64,000 nt of DNA from the human T2T-CHM13v2.0 reference genome, Homo sapiens: NCBI RefSeq assembly GCF_009914755.1, contig NC_060937.1; one strand, given 5' to 3'. Below are positions 15,002 through 34,300 of the stretch, in pieces. The notes below the pieces were generated by a model that searched no databases, had not been told where the DNA came from, and saw only the letters and a list, made by a program, of their open reading frames with translations. Each line of letters starts with the position of its first letter. Within the stretch, counting starts at the first letter, position 1. The translations under genes were made by a program, and so were the position numbers.

Positions 15002-15718
15002 GCCCAAGAGTAAAGCATCCTTGCCTCCAATTTTCCTTTTCTTTTTTTGTCTTATTACATAGAAGTAGTACTTGTATGTCATGTATCTTTATTTTTTTAA
15101 ATGATTTGTTTGCAATTTAATACTTGATTCTTCTTAAAAAAGAGTTATTAATTAAATTAATAATTATTAATTGGAAATGCAAAGAAGCCATCCAAAGTAA
15201 GCTGCTTGCTATGAGAAATTTTGAAAGTTTAAAAAGGATAAAAGTTATTAGGCTAATAGCATGGAAAAGTTCTAAGTAGTCTGACAAAACAGTTTCTAAA
15301 TTAAACAGTTTGATCAACAGCAACATAATAGATATTTGTTATTCACCATCTCTTTTAACACCCTATTTTAGAAGAAAGCAAGTACTAACATTTCTTTTTT
15401 TATATCCTCATCTGATCTTGTATTGTGCACATCTTAATTAAAATGAGCATTAGCCAGATAATGTACAAAAAAAAGATTAATACAATTCAAATTTGTATAT
15501 GAGCTGATTCTTTAAAAATTGTAAGTATTTGAAAAATTTTTTCTCTTTAATACAAAAAACAGAAATAATCAATTTTACAATTATAATTTAAAGGGAGGAT
15601 ATTTACCACATACACACAGACATGAAAATAGTGCCTCAAATGAATGAACTAAAGAGATTGTTGAAAATGATTTAAGATATAAAACAAATAAATAAATATG
15701 CATACACACATATATTTA

Positions 15719-16054
15719 CAGTCATCCCTCTGTATCTGTCGGGAATCGTTTCCAGGAACTTCTGCAGTTATCAAAATCCAAGAATGCTCAAGTTGCTAAT
15801 ATAAAATGGCATAGTATTTGCATATAACCTGTGCACATCTTCTTGTATACTTTAAATTATAATAGATTACTTATAATACCTAAAGCAGTGTAAATACTAT
15901 TTAAATAGGTGTTACAGTGTATTGCTTAAGGAATGATAAGTTAAAAAAAAAGTCTGTATGTGTTCAGAACAGATGCAAATTTTTTCCAAATATTTTTGAT
16001 CCATGGTTGGTTGAATCAACAAATGTGGAACCTGCAGATATGGAGGGCCAACTG
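15719..16054. mobile_element. MER2 (TcMar-Tigger non-autonomous DNA transposon)
   Basis: Terminal inverted repeats cagtcatccctctgtatctg / cagatatggagggccaactg; internal tataaaatggcatagtatttgcatataacct. Confidence 0.9.
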
Positions 16055-16057
16055 TGT

Positions 16058-16061
<4 letters not shown>

Positions 16062-16097
<36 letters not shown>
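16062..16097. repeat. (CA)n microsatellite
   Basis: About 18 perfect AC units. Confidence 0.97.
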
Positions 16098-16100
<3 letters not shown>

Positions 16101-16186
16101 TAAAGAATGGGGAAAAAGTAGCTGAATTGTAAACAAAATGTTATCTTAAATGCAGTAAAATTTAAATAATATAAAAATGTAAAACT

Positions 16187-16456
<270 letters not shown>

Positions 16457-16604
16457 TTACTTCCCCTTTCATTTCATTAAAATAACAGTAATAACTATAG
16501 AAATATTTAACATTTTAGTTGGTGATAAGGGGAGACATTTAAAATGTAGCATTACTTTCTAAACCCCACTCTAAGATTTCTCATGTCGTTTCCAATTTTT
16601 ATGC

Positions 16605-16958
16605 TGTAATAGTTTGTTTTCACAGTGCTATAAAAAACTTCCCTGATACTAGGTAATTTATGAAGGAAAGATGTTTAATTGACTCACAATTCCATATGGC
16701 TGGGGAGGCCTCAGGAAACTTACAATCATGGCGGAAGGGGAAGCAGGAACCTTCTTCACAAGACCTCAGGGGAGAATAAGAGAGAGCACAGGAAAAACCA
16801 CCACTTTCAAAATCATCAGATCTCGTGAGATTCAGTTACTATCACGAGAACAGCATGGAGGAAACCACCCCCATAATCCAATCACTTCCCTCCCGGGACA
16901 CATGAGGATTACAATTCGAGATGAGATTTGGGTGGGGACACAGAGACAAACCATATCA
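16605..16958 (-). mobile_element. THE1 (C/D-like) MaLR solo LTR
   Basis: Ends gatgagatttgggtggggacacag..aaaccatatca (reverse complement of the THE1 5' end); ~350 bp. Confidence 0.92.
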
Positions 16959-17402
16959 ATACTGTTTAGGAGAAAAGTGATCCAGCAGAAAAAAACCGCA
17001 ATACACTTTGTGAAATTTTTGAATATCAAATACTTTCTAAGATAACAAATATCTTTATTTAGTAATAATATTTTTTTAATTTTTGGATATCAGTGTTGTT
17101 TCTTCAGATAAATAAATTCTGACCTTAGCTTCAATTTATATTTTATTTGTTTCCAAGCACAATTTTGAAGTTCTTGAGTTATTTCCCAGTGGTAACCAGA
17201 ACACAGTAATTCATTTTTAGAAGTTCCATTCCTGCCGTATCAAAATCCTCCAAAATGTTTTGGGATTCCCCAGATGAGTATTGCAGGCATGTTTATGAAG
17301 CCGTTCTACAGGTGACCATGTTACAGGTGACCATGTTACAAATGACATTTCTTCCTGTTCTTTTTTGTCTCACTTAGGATTTGTCAACTGTGGGTGTGTG
17401 TG

Positions 17403-17865
17403 CAGAACTGGCCTCATTGGGCATGCCACAAGTGCAGTCACACAGGGCTCCAAATAGAGAGATGGCCTCATATTTGGGCTTTAATGTCCTGTGATTACTG
17501 TCTTGGGATTCTTAATACTTTTACCTTTGAATTTGTGTTTTGTAAGTTTTGTAATGGGACAATTGAGGATGTGCTGGGAGCTAGGAGCTTCAAATCACAT
17601 GTGTTTCCACATGAGTCTCAGAAAGGCCCGCCACACAGTGTCAGGGGGGAGCCTCAGACACTTGTGAGAGTCTACACTCACCCACTGAGTAGTATCCTGT
17701 GCCTAAAGGAACACCACATCAAATTGCAAATTAAAAAGAGAGAGAGAGAGAAGTCCCAAAAGAGCAAGAGACTGCTAGAGAAAGGAAAACACTTTTTTCT
17801 GTTTATGAAACAAAATCCCACATTTTTATTTGTTCTAGGTACTCTAACTTATGTAGTGGGACCTA
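17403..17865 (+). mobile_element. MER45-family hAT DNA transposon
   Basis: cagaactggcctcattgggcatg..gtgcagtcacacaggg start and cacatttttatttgttctagg..ttatgtagtgggacct end resemble MER45 termini. Confidence 0.7.
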
Positions 17866-19879
17866 CGTGCACTCTGAAGAACTACAACTGTCCTCTTGAT
17901 GTCCCTAACTATCTATAGTTCCTGGTTATAGGTGTTCACCAGGAGCTGCCTGCTCATGCTCAGACAACAGGAGGTCTCACAACACTGTCAAATCATCTAC
18001 AATTGCTAGAACTGCTGCATTGTCTTCAAGATGTAAGTAATTCATTTACTTTAGTATTTGCTGTTTTGTTGCTGTACCTTAAGCTAAAAGTCAGAGATGA
18101 ACTTATGGAAATAGAGCCAGAGCTCAATCTTCTTTACCCATTTTGCTGAATCTTTTATTAATTTTGAATTTAAAAATGGCATCTGAATTCTCTTCTCTGT
18201 TAATGTGAGTCTTTTACAGAAGGCTGCTTTTTATGCAAATATAAATTTAGGATAGTGGTTCCCCTGTAACATTTTCTATGCCAAGACTCACATAATTTCT
18301 AGTGTGATTAGGATTTAGGGTTAAAGAACAACCTAGTTTAATCAACAAGGATTACTTAACAGAACACCTTAGGGCATCATGATCCAATTATGCATTACTT
18401 TTATCAACTGTAGAGAGGCTTCAAATCCTAAGAGAATTGAGGTCAAAACATTAATTTTTAGATGAAAAAACTGGGGCCCAAAAGGGTTAATCAAACATTT
18501 ACTTAGGGTCTAAGTGTAAACTGTTTTCTTTAAATAATATGAATCATTTAAGAAAATGTACAACATTAAATGCTCATGTCCTATAAATATTATAGGAAGT
18601 AAGAACTAAATTGATGTTAACATTTTTTAAAAAATTCCTAACTATGGAAAATGTCAAAAATCCAAAGAAAGAGGTCTGCTTTAATGTTGATAAAATTGTG
18701 TCTTACAGAAAGGGTTCTAAGATATTTTCCAAGAAGCTCTCACACAAACATCATCACACCAAGAAAAAATACTATGGCCTACCAATAACTAAACCTGGAT
18801 CAAATTTTGTCTATTTTCTCTTATTGCTTCCAGATTCAAAGCTATTACAACAATTTAGCTTTCACACTTGTAAATTTTGAAATTTCTCACTTATTGCTAT
18901 AATCTTAGGACTCTCTTTACAAAATTTTTGCCTCACATATGGAAATTATTTGCCTATGTTGGATATCTCAGATTTATTGCTTTCCCTTCCTCCTACTGAT
19001 GTTCAATTTTGTCTTTCTGACTCATCATTGTAATCTTGCATCAGCCCAAATCCAGAGCTGAGAAATGATCGTATTATATATTTACTAAATGCTGATTCAG
19101 CATGAAGCCACTAACTAGTTTCTGTTCAATCCCAGTAGTCATAACACACTCTTTGCACAATTTCTATATTTAATACACAACCTGCTTATTTATATGTGAA
19201 CCACTAGTATTAGGAAATAATGATTTATTTCAACAACTATTTCTTCTCCATCTCCTGTGGGCTGGATACTATGCCAGGTGATGAGGAATCACATCATGAA
19301 TAACAGATGGTTCTATGCATTGAGAATCTTCTGGTCTCCACAGTCCACATAAGGCATGCCTGCTTTGACAGAATTATACCCCTTTATTATCTCCATACCA
19401 TGCAAATCAGAGCAAAGAGTAGGAAGGATATGAGGTGAAGAAGGGATGGGCACAGAAGAAAAATGGTAAAATTTTTCTTGTAACCTTCCTACTCCTCATG
19501 TCCTGGTATTGCCTATCTCTGCCTGGATTGATTCTGTCTATCCGTATATGTGTTGTCCAATATTGTGTGCTGCATTAACTGAACTTGCCCTCCTCTTCTG
19601 CAAACTGAGGTTTCAAAATTATCTTCTTCTGTTCCTACAAACTTCCCTTCCCTTCTTCTGAGTGTTAGAGCTGTATATTTACCTGGAAATAGTATAGATA
19701 CTGGTATAAGAAAAGAAATGATGGCTTTGTGTTATTAATATTAAGCACCATGTTTAGCATTCTAAAAAAGTTTCTTGTACAAAAAATGTAAATATATAAA
19801 AGTATAAGAGCAGTAAGTTAAAGTAGTAAGATATCTCCCCCAACACACACATTTAAAAAAAAAGAAATGAAAAGAACAT

Positions 19880-20125
19880 GAACTATGTAATTTGTCAGTG
19901 CTATGTTTAAATCCAACTTTTGCCACTTATTATCTGTGTAATATTAAGCAAATTATGCAACTTTACTTGAGTTTCAGTTTTCCTATCATCTCTAAAAAAA
20001 AGGATAATAAATTACTTCATAAATTAGAGATCCATTTCATAGACTTGAAATAAGCAAAGTTTCTAGTGGCATACCTGGAGTTTCTAGTGCTATACCACAT
20101 AGCAGACAATCCATAAATGCTATTT
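19880..20125 (+). mobile_element. MIR
   Basis: aaatccaacttttgccacttattatctgtg..tgagtttcagttttcctatc. Confidence 0.6.
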
Positions 20126-20334
20126 CTCTCCTTTTCAAGTTAAAATAACAATGTAACTTACATAAAAGATAAAAGTTTGAGTCTATTCTGATGTTATAAA
20201 CCTTTACTTATAAGTACTTATTATTATGGTATCTATCTATAAAACATGCATAAAATCTTGTATAATAATTGTAATTTGCAGATGATAAACTGTGTAAGTA
20301 CCCAATTTCCTCATGTGTTTTCAAATAAATCACA

Positions 20335-20485
20335 TGAAGAAATCTGGAAAGTATTATAATCATAATGTTGAAGAAACTGAGATCAAGAAAGGTTAAGTGA
20401 CTTGCTCAGGATCACAGCATAATTAATAACCGAGTCAATGTAGGTCTTTATAGACTCCCTTATGTGCTCTTTTACCACACTGTGC
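20335..20485 (-). mobile_element. MIR
   Basis: gaagaaactgagatcaagaaaggttaagtgacttgctcaggatcacagc. Confidence 0.75.
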
Positions 20486-20682
20486 TGACAACATTAGGAC
20501 TGGAAGCCCTGCCACTCAGCTTTCTATCTCCACATGCTGTCCATCTGGCTGACTCTAGATAAAGAGGCTCCATGCACTCGTTGCTTTTGAGGCATTCACA
20601 GTTTCAGTTATGATTGTCTTTCTATGTTTTAAATCTCCTGTAGTTGGGATTTTTTCTGCTTGTATATTTTATCATAGATATT

Positions 20683-21063
20683 TGTCTTAGTCTGTTTATG
20701 TTATTATAAAGGGGAACCTGAGGCTGGGCAGTTTATAAGAAAAGGGTTTTATTTGCTTCATGGCTCTGCAGGCTGTACAAGAAACATGGCTCCAGCATCT
20801 GCTTCTGTTGCAGGACTCAGTCTGCTTCCATTCATGGTGGAAGGTGAAGAGGAACTGGTGTGTGCGGGTCACATGGAGAAAGTAATGATAGAATAAGAGG
20901 TGCCAGGCTCTTTTCAGCAACTAGTTCTCATGGGCGAGAACTTACCAAACCATTCACGACAAATCCACATCCATGATACAAACTCCTTTTACCAAGCCCC
21001 ACCTCCAACCTGAGGATCAAATTTCAACACAAAACTTGGTAGGGCCAAATGAACCATATAGCA
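20683..21063 (-). mobile_element. MST (MSTB-like) MaLR solo LTR
   Basis: tgtcttagtctgttt..gctctgcaggctgtacaagaaacatggctccagcatctgcttctg..ccccacctccaac..accatatagca. Confidence 0.88.
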
Positions 21064-21941
21064 ATCATGGCAAAGATTCCTTTCTAGAGGGTCTTCTACA
21101 ATTTGACTTGACTTTAAGCTCAAATTTCAATAAGATCCACAGACAGCAGACAGAATCAAGAACAGGCAATTGTGTCAATCCATCCTTTTGAGTGTGATTG
21201 CTTAAAGAATGGTCATGTAATGTAATTATGACCAATGAGATGTTAGAGAAAATTGACTAGAAGGCTTTCTCTGAAATTGTCCACTCTCTTAATAAAGAAC
21301 AAAAAGACATGCTATTCTCTTTTTCTCCACCCAGATAGCACCATCTACATCTAACACCTGGATCTACAACAAATCATTAGCCTTACACCATGAATGGTAG
21401 AAGAGTGAGAGGGATGGATTTAACAGCAACATTAATTGAATGAATAAACTGAATCTTGAAGCACCATACCCATGGAATTTGTAATATAAAATAATGAATA
21501 CCTTTACTGGTTAGTCATTGTTAAATAGGTTTTGCCATTAGCTGCAGTCATGAGCACCCCAATTGATATGGTTGAGATAAGCCTAGGTTACCTTGATTTC
21601 TTGTCTAGTGTCTTTCAAAAATTACATCATATCACTTTGCACTTTGTAAATATATACAATTATAACTTGCCAACTTACAATAAAATTTATATATATATAT
21701 GTAGATAAATCACTTCATGCCTGGGAAAATTCACCAACTCATACTAAGATAGAATTTTTAGATTTTATTACTCTAAGGAAACCTCTTTTGAACAATTTAG
21801 GGAAAAGAAGTACTTTTCATTCTAAAACATGTTTTTTCTTAATCAGTCAATCCTCTACACTGCAGCCAGAATGATAAGACATAAACTAAATCTCTTCAAC
21901 TTGCTTAAAATTCTTATGAGACTCTTTAAACCTATTGCTTA

Positions 21942-22205
21942 CAGCAGTGTCTCTCACCCATGGCTGAACAGTTTAATAACTTGTGGAAAATTTTAGAAAC
22001 GGTGATGTCTGAATGCCCCCACCACCCTCCAGAGATTCCGACATACTAAGTATGGGTGTGTCCTGAGCATCACAATTTAAATAGGTAGCCAGGGTTGAAA
22101 ATTCCTTCCCTAGAGATTAATTTAATTGGTTTGGAGTGGGACCTTGAAGGTATATGTTTTTGTTTTAATTTCATTGATGATTACAATGTTGCCAGGATTA
22201 AAAAC
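21942..22205. mobile_element. MER5-like hAT-Charlie fragments
   Basis: cagtgtctctcaccc..cccaccaccctccagagattccgac..ccagggttgaaa. Confidence 0.55.
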
Positions 22206-22924
22206 TTTGGTTATGTACAAGGTACAAATTCCTTAACATAGGGTGCAATACATGTTATTATCTCTCTCCTAAACAAGGACTCCTCCTTCCCTATATGTTT
22301 CAGTCACACTACATCAATTAGAATTTTGTTCCACTTCATATAACAAGAATCCCCAACCAGTGTCTTAAACCAAAAAGAAATATATCTTTCTTTTTTTTTT
22401 AAGCTTTAAGTTAGACATTGATTGCTCTAAGGTATTATCAGAGCCCTACACAACCCTTTATTTTACACTTCATTCACTAGAAATTAATCATATGGACAAA
22501 AGCAGCCAAAAGGGAGGCTGACTACATTGCCCTTACAAACAAAATCCGTGCTGTAAAGTGAATAAGAAATAGAGAATAAATATTGGCTAGGAACTATCTC
22601 CACATACCAATGACATGAAATTTTCCCAAACACAACATGCTGCATCTTTTTCTATGTGCCTTTATAAAACTGCCAAGTAACTAAATCACCTTTCAAGTCT
22701 CAGCCCAACTATCAGATTACCTACAAGATGCATTGCTCCACCCACACCACTACATGTAAAATTGATTACTCCCTCCTGTTCTTTAAACAGACTGTTATAC
22801 TACCACTTAAGAACTTGTATTGCACTTACTTGGTTATGTAAGGCTCTCTCCTTATAGAATTATTAGCACCTTGAGGGAAAAGATAAGTTTATGAAATGAA
22901 TATTTTTTAGCACCTGAGGATAGA

Positions 22925-23180
22925 GTACAGAATAGTAATAAGAGCAGAGACCTCCTACTCGAACTTAACCCCTGGCTCTACAATATATTTTCTCTGTGTA
23001 CAATGCAGAGAAGTCATATAATCTGTCATTACCTCAGTTTTGCTCTCTGTAACTTTACATTTGGGTAAAATAAAAATAGCACCTATTTGATAAAGTTTTT
23101 ATAAGGGTAAAGTGAGCTAATAAACACAAAACACTTAAAACAGTCCCTGGAAAATTTTAAGTACTATAGAAGTAGTGGTT
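22925..23180 (+). mobile_element. MIR
   Basis: ccctggctctaca..cctcagttttgctctctgtaa..aaaatagcacctatttgataaag. Confidence 0.6.
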
Positions 23181-25298
23181 TGTCAATTCATTGCCTAACA
23201 CAAAAGAATGACATATTTATTAAATGAATGAATGGTCTGTATAAGTTGATGTAGGTGTTTTAAATTATGAATAGATTTATGTGAGAGGGTCACAGAAGCA
23301 TGAGACATTATCTTTACACTATAGAATCAGAAAATATAGTTGAAATAAGAATAATAACATCTGATGTGGTACTTTATATAATACCTCAAGTCCATGAAGC
23401 ACATTATGAATGATACAATTCAGAGGAAGTAAAGTTCATTGATGGGCAGAATAAAAATGGGGAGCTTCACGAAGGAGATGGAGTTTGAGGTGAACTGAAA
23501 GGATTCACAGGGTATATGCTTGAGAAAAGCCTGTAAAGATGTTACAGAAATGACAGTATGGTCTGTTTTTGAGACAATCAGAGTTACCTGACTGAAAAAG
23601 AGATTTCAGTTTGAGACATAGAGTTTTAAAGAATAATAGTAATAATTTTCTAGCATTTATTTCATCTTAACAATGTTTTAGGTACTGTGTTAAATGTTTT
23701 GTTGCTTGTTTAAAGGAAAAATGTAGATAGACACTGTAAAAAAAAAGAATTCTAAAGAGAATCAGAATAATATAGATTTGGTGCAGGCAAGAAATTTTAT
23801 CATGAACCTAGTGTATAAAAAGATTATGATGTGCTAATATAATAGAACAATCAATGAAAGGATAGTTTAAGACCAAGAAGGATAACAAAGGTAGAAGATA
23901 CTTCATAAAATGCATGAAAACAGATAGCATACCAGTTGCATCTATGAAAGAGCATTATCTCCCCACGTAGACAAATTCTTAAAATACAGCTGAGCTAAAA
24001 TATCTTTTCAAAGTACATTATCTGGGGAAAATAAGCTATCTACTTGAACAACATATTTGCATTTTTACTTTAAATTAACATGCTATGACATTATTTACTT
24101 GGAGATTATGAAGCTGGTAAACATTTTTTTTCTCATGTTGCTAAATCTCCAAAGATTTATCTGCATTCATCAGGAAGTTCAAAATGAAAAAAAAAATTGT
24201 GAGAAGAGTTTCCAGTCAAGCTATCTCAGTATCAAAATATTTTTTGTTTAACCTCGTGCTTCAACACTTTATTGTATTTCTTGTCTTTATATAAAACTAT
24301 AACCTATTCTGGAGATATTTGGTTTTCCAATTTACTGAAGTCTCTGTACCAGATAGTACTATTTCAGCTATAAGGGATACTTCGAGTTACATCAGCGAGA
24401 TGGTTAAAATAGGAAGCTCCAGGCCCTCTTTCTTTTCATGAAGACACACATTCAACAACAATCCATAGACCAGTTTCCTTTGTGAGACATCCAAAAACCA
24501 GATAAGAGGCTTCTGCATCAAAAACAAACATTAACTAGTTGTATCAAAACAGAAGAAAAATTTGTGGCACCCTCTGGCTATAGTCACTTTCACAGAAAAA
24601 AAAGATGCACAATTCAGAGGAACTCAGGTCCTGGCTTTTTCCTGGGGAAGAATAGTGGAAGGTTAGAATATGCATCCAATGTTCTGAACTTTTGAGGGGG
24701 CTGTACAAGGTACTGTCTTCTGTTCAACCTGTTGCAAAGCACTGACATAACCTAGCATTCTTTAGATGCCTGGAGAACACTGAGAACAACAACGACAAAT
24801 AAAGTTGTTCAGCATGTTACTGCTCCATAGAATCTTCAGTACAGCAGACAGAAGCTTTTACAGTGTGGTGACTTCTCCTTCAGGGGGAAAAAGAAGGGTG
24901 TAGCAAATGTTCAAAAGGCCAGTATTTTGGGGGCTTCCTAAGAGATCAGTTTCCATGTAGCTCAACCCAAGACACTTACGGGAACTTGGCATATACTAGA
25001 TTCCAAGGGGCTATTGAGAAAAAATATTTTAAAAGAGCTGGTTGGCATACTGCTGCTTCCAAGTTTACATGGAAGAGCAGACTTACATCAGAGGGAGTAA
25101 GAAATTACAAGTTCCTAGAAAAAATTATTTTAATTAAAATATATATGCACAAGACCAAAGAAGACATACCCACAGAAAAGTTTTAAGAAGACCTTGGGAT
25201 TTGTAGCTAGGCTAATTAGTAAAAGGTCTTCTCCTGTACAAACCCAGTCCATAAAGACTGGGAGAAGAGATATTTTTTTCAAATGTGTGCATATCAAC

Positions 25299-25415
25299 AT
25301 TTTCAGAGATGGAGCTATGTTGCCCAGGCTGGACTCAAACCCTTAGGCTCAGGTGATCCTGTTGCCTCAGTCTCTTGAGAAGTTGGGACTACAGGCATAG
25401 ACCACCACTCCCAGA
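25299..25415 (-). mobile_element. Alu monomer (FLAM/FRAM-like)
   Basis: ctatgttgcccaggctggactcaaac..ggctcaggtgatcct..gggactacaggc. Confidence 0.8.
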
Positions 25416-25834
25416 TTTCAAAACAAACTTATAAGGATCAGTTAAAAATATATATATATAAAATGGCCCAATCCAAGGGAAAAATAAATCTCTCAAAACC
25501 AATCCTTAAAAACAGAGGTATATAAATTACCTGACAACAAATTCGAAATAATGATTATAAAGACAATTGATGAGCTCAGGAAAACAATGCATGTAAAAAT
25601 GATAACTTCAACCAAAAACATGAAATCATAAAGATATTTTGAGCCTAGGACCTTGAAGATATAAAGTGGTTCAGCAGTAGCAGAGTTGACCAAACAGAGG
25701 AAAGAATTCATGGACTCAAAAAGAAGCAATGAGAAAAAGAAAAGAAAGAGTGAAGAAACCAAAAAACTATGGACCACCATTAAGTCGGCTAGTATACACA
25801 AAAAGAAAATCCAAGATGAACAAGAGAAAGAGAA

Positions 25835-28319
<2,485 letters not shown>

Positions 28320-28711
28320 TTCTTGTCATATACAAGGGAAGCTTCACAAGATTATCACAGAATTTCTCAGCAGAACCCTTGCATGCTAGAAGGCAGTAGG
28401 AAATAGGGTGATAAATTCAAAGTGAAAAAAAAAAAAAGTAAAGAAAACCTGTCAACCACAAAGCAAAACCATCCTTTAAAAATTAAGTACAGATAAAGAC
28501 ATTATTATAAAGCAAAAAAGGCCAAAGGACTTTGTTACCATTAGACGTGCCTCAAAAGAAAAGGTAATGAATGGGAGTTCTTCAAGTTGAAACAAAAGGA
28601 GGTTATACAGCAATGCAAAAGCATATGAAAGTATACAAATTTCTGGTAAGTGTAAACCTAGACAAACACAGAATACTGTAATATTGTAATGGTGGCATTT
28701 AAATTACTTTT

Positions 28712-29055
28712 TGTCATGAGAATAAATGCTTTAATATTACAAAGTGCTTGTCACAAAATAAGTGTTACAAAACAGTTCACTATCATTATCATCACCACCA
28801 CTATTCAGTACTACATTTCCCACCTTTATATTTTTTTAAATCCAAACCAAGTTCCATATGTACCATTATTTCTTTAATACTTTATTTAAAAAAGCTTGAA
28901 ATAAACTCAATTTTAAAATCTAACCTCATCCTAAACAACAGTGTACTTTAAATTACACTGTTTTGATGGTTTGATGGTTTTAGTTACGTTTTTAAAGGCT
29001 CATTACAGTAAATATATGCCTATTAATATATTCGCCCTGTAGCAATCAATTGTTA
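28712..29055 (-). other. TSD-flanked non-L1 insert (candidate orphan 3' transduction/retrocopy)
   Basis: 12-bp direct repeat taaat(t/c)actttt at 28700-28711 and 29056-29067; minus-strand ATTAAA at 28730-28735; TTTT/AA target site. Confidence 0.65.
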
Positions 29056-29630
29056 TAAATCACTTTTAATTCTAGAATAAAAGTTGAAAGACCAATGTAC
29101 TAAATAACTATATAAAAATATGTTAATGGATTAAAAATACAAAAAATCTAAATTGTGGCAACAATAATATAAAGTGGGGAGGGGGAAGAAAAGTGTAAAG
29201 TTTTCATATGTGCCTTAAAGTAAGTTGTTATCAGATGAAAATGGACTGTTTTAAAAATAGGATGTTATATGTAAGCCCCATGATGACCAAGAAGAAAATA
29301 CCTATAGAAGATACAGAAAAGAAAAAGGAATCAAAACATTTTGGTGGAAAAATTCAATTAAATAAAAAGACATCAAGAAAGGTGAAGAGATTTTTTTCAA
29401 AAAGCTGTAAGAAAGGTAGGAAACAACATAATGGTAATGGAAAGCCCTTTCAATCAATAAGTACCTCAAATATAATATAAACTCCCCCATCAAAAGACAG
29501 AAAATAGCTAAATAGATTTTTTTAAAAAAAGAAACAGCAATATTTTTTATGAGACTTAACATTTGCACATAGGCTGAAAGTGAATTAATAGAAAAAACTT
29601 TCCAAGCAAATGACAATCAAAAGAGCACAG

Positions 29631-32043
<2,413 letters not shown>

Positions 32044-34300
32044 CAATATGTCAAGGAAAAGAAAAGCACAGATGTGGCTATACTTATACCAGGTAAAATA
32101 GACTTTAAGTCAAACACTATCACAAGAGCTAAATAATTATACTACATAATGATAAAAGTGTCATTTTATCAGTCAAGATGTAAAAGCTGTAAGTATATAT
32201 GTACCCAACATCAGGGCAACAAAATATATACAGCAAATATTGACAGAACTAAAGAGAGAAAAGGATAACAACGAAATAATACTAGGAGACTTCAGTACTG
32301 CAGTTTCAATAATAGCTAGAACACCCAGACAGAAAATCAGTGAAGAAAGAGCAGACTTGAAAAACACTGTAGACCTTGTGGACCTAACATAAATGCACAG
32401 AACATTCTGCCAACAACAGCAGAACGCACATTCTTCTCAAGAGCACACAGAACATTTTCCAGGAGAAATCACATGACAGGTCACAAAACAAGTCTTAAAA
32501 AATGTAAAATTTAATTATATCAAACATATTTTTCAGCCTCATGAGATGAAATTAGAACTCAATAGAAGATTTAAAAACTGATGAACTTATAAATATGTGA
32601 AAATTAAATAAAACACTCTTGAACAACCACTAGGTAAAAGGAGAAATAAAAAAGAACATTAGAAAACACCTTGAGATAAAAATGCCAAAATTAGCGAGAT
32701 ACAGCAAAAGCAGTACAAAGTTCATAACAATAAATGCCTACATTAAAGATAAATTTCAAACAACCTAACTCCATACCTGAAAGAGTTAGTTAAAACAAGG
32801 AAAAACAAACTGAGCCCAAAGTTGTCAGAAAGAAGAAAATCACAGAAGTAAACAAAATAGAGAATAGAAAAACTATTAACAGAATTTTTTCTCAAACTCT
32901 TCCACAAAATAGAAGAGGAGGGAGCACTTCCCAACTCATTTTTAGGGCCAAGAAAGCCAGCATCACCTTGACATTAAAGCCAGACAAAAACGCTACAACA
33001 AAGAAAAAAATACAGGCCAATATCTCTTTATATAAGCAAAAATTATCAACAAAATACTAACAAACCAAAGTCAATTGTACATTAATAAATCATACACCAT
33101 GACAAAGTGGGATTCATCTTTGAGATTCAAGGGTGATTCAACATGCAACAATCAGTCAATGTGATAGACCACATTAACAGAAAGAAGGATAAAAATCACA
33201 TGATCATCTCAATAGATGCTGAAAAAGCTTTTGACAAAATTAAACACATATTAATGATAAAATCACTCAACAGACTAGAATTAAGAAAAATTACTTTGAC
33301 ATAATAAAGACTGTATACCACAAGCTCACAGCTAACATCATACTCAATGGTGAAAAACTGGAAGCTTTTCCTTTAACATCCAGAACAATTCCAGGATTCT
33401 CACTTCCACCACTTCTATTTGACATAGTACTGGAAGTTCTGGCCAGAGCAATTAGGTAAGAAAAAGAGAAAAGCAGCATCCAATTAGGAAAGAAAGAAGT
33501 AAAAGTATCTGTTTGTAGACGACATGAATGATATGTAGAAAACTCTAAAGGTGCCATCAGAAAAACTTGTTAGATCTAATAAAATTTGGCAAAATTTAAG
33601 GATGGAAATTAACATTTAAAAGTCAACTGCATTTCAATACACTAAAGACTAACAATCTGAAAAAAAAAATTAAAAAATCTCACTTAAAATAACATCCAAA
33701 GAATAAAATGCCTTGGAATAAACTTAAGTAAGAAGGTGAAAGATTTGTATACTATAAACTATAAAAGGTGATAAAAGAAATGAAATAAGGCATGAATAAA
33801 TGGAAAGACATCCTCTGTTCATGGATTGGAAGACTTGTTATTGTTTAAAAAGTATGTAATACCCAAAGCAATTTACAGATTCCATGCAATCTTCAACAAA
33901 ATCCCAATGACATTTTTTACACAAATTTAAAAGTATTAAAATGTATATAGAACCACAAAGGACCTTGAATAGCCAAAACAATCTTGAAAAAGAAAAACAA
34001 ATCAGGAGGCCTCACGTTTCTTTATTTCAAAAGGTATTACAAAGTTACATTAATCAAAACGGTATTGTACTGGCATAAAGACAGACATACAGACCAGTGG
34101 AACAAAATAAAAATTCCAGAAATAAACTTATGCATATACAGGCAACTGATAATTTGGTAGAAGTGCCAATAATACATAATGTGGAAAGTACAGTCTCTTC
34201 AATAAATGGCATTGGGAAAACTGAATATCAACATGCAAAAGACTGAAATTGCTGTCATCTGACACCAATCACAAAAATCAACTTAAAATGAATTAAAAAC

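Noticed and set aside
17394-17918. 174-aa ORF
   Set aside because: Non-ATG start and coincident with a MER45-like non-autonomous transposon; no transposase similarity.
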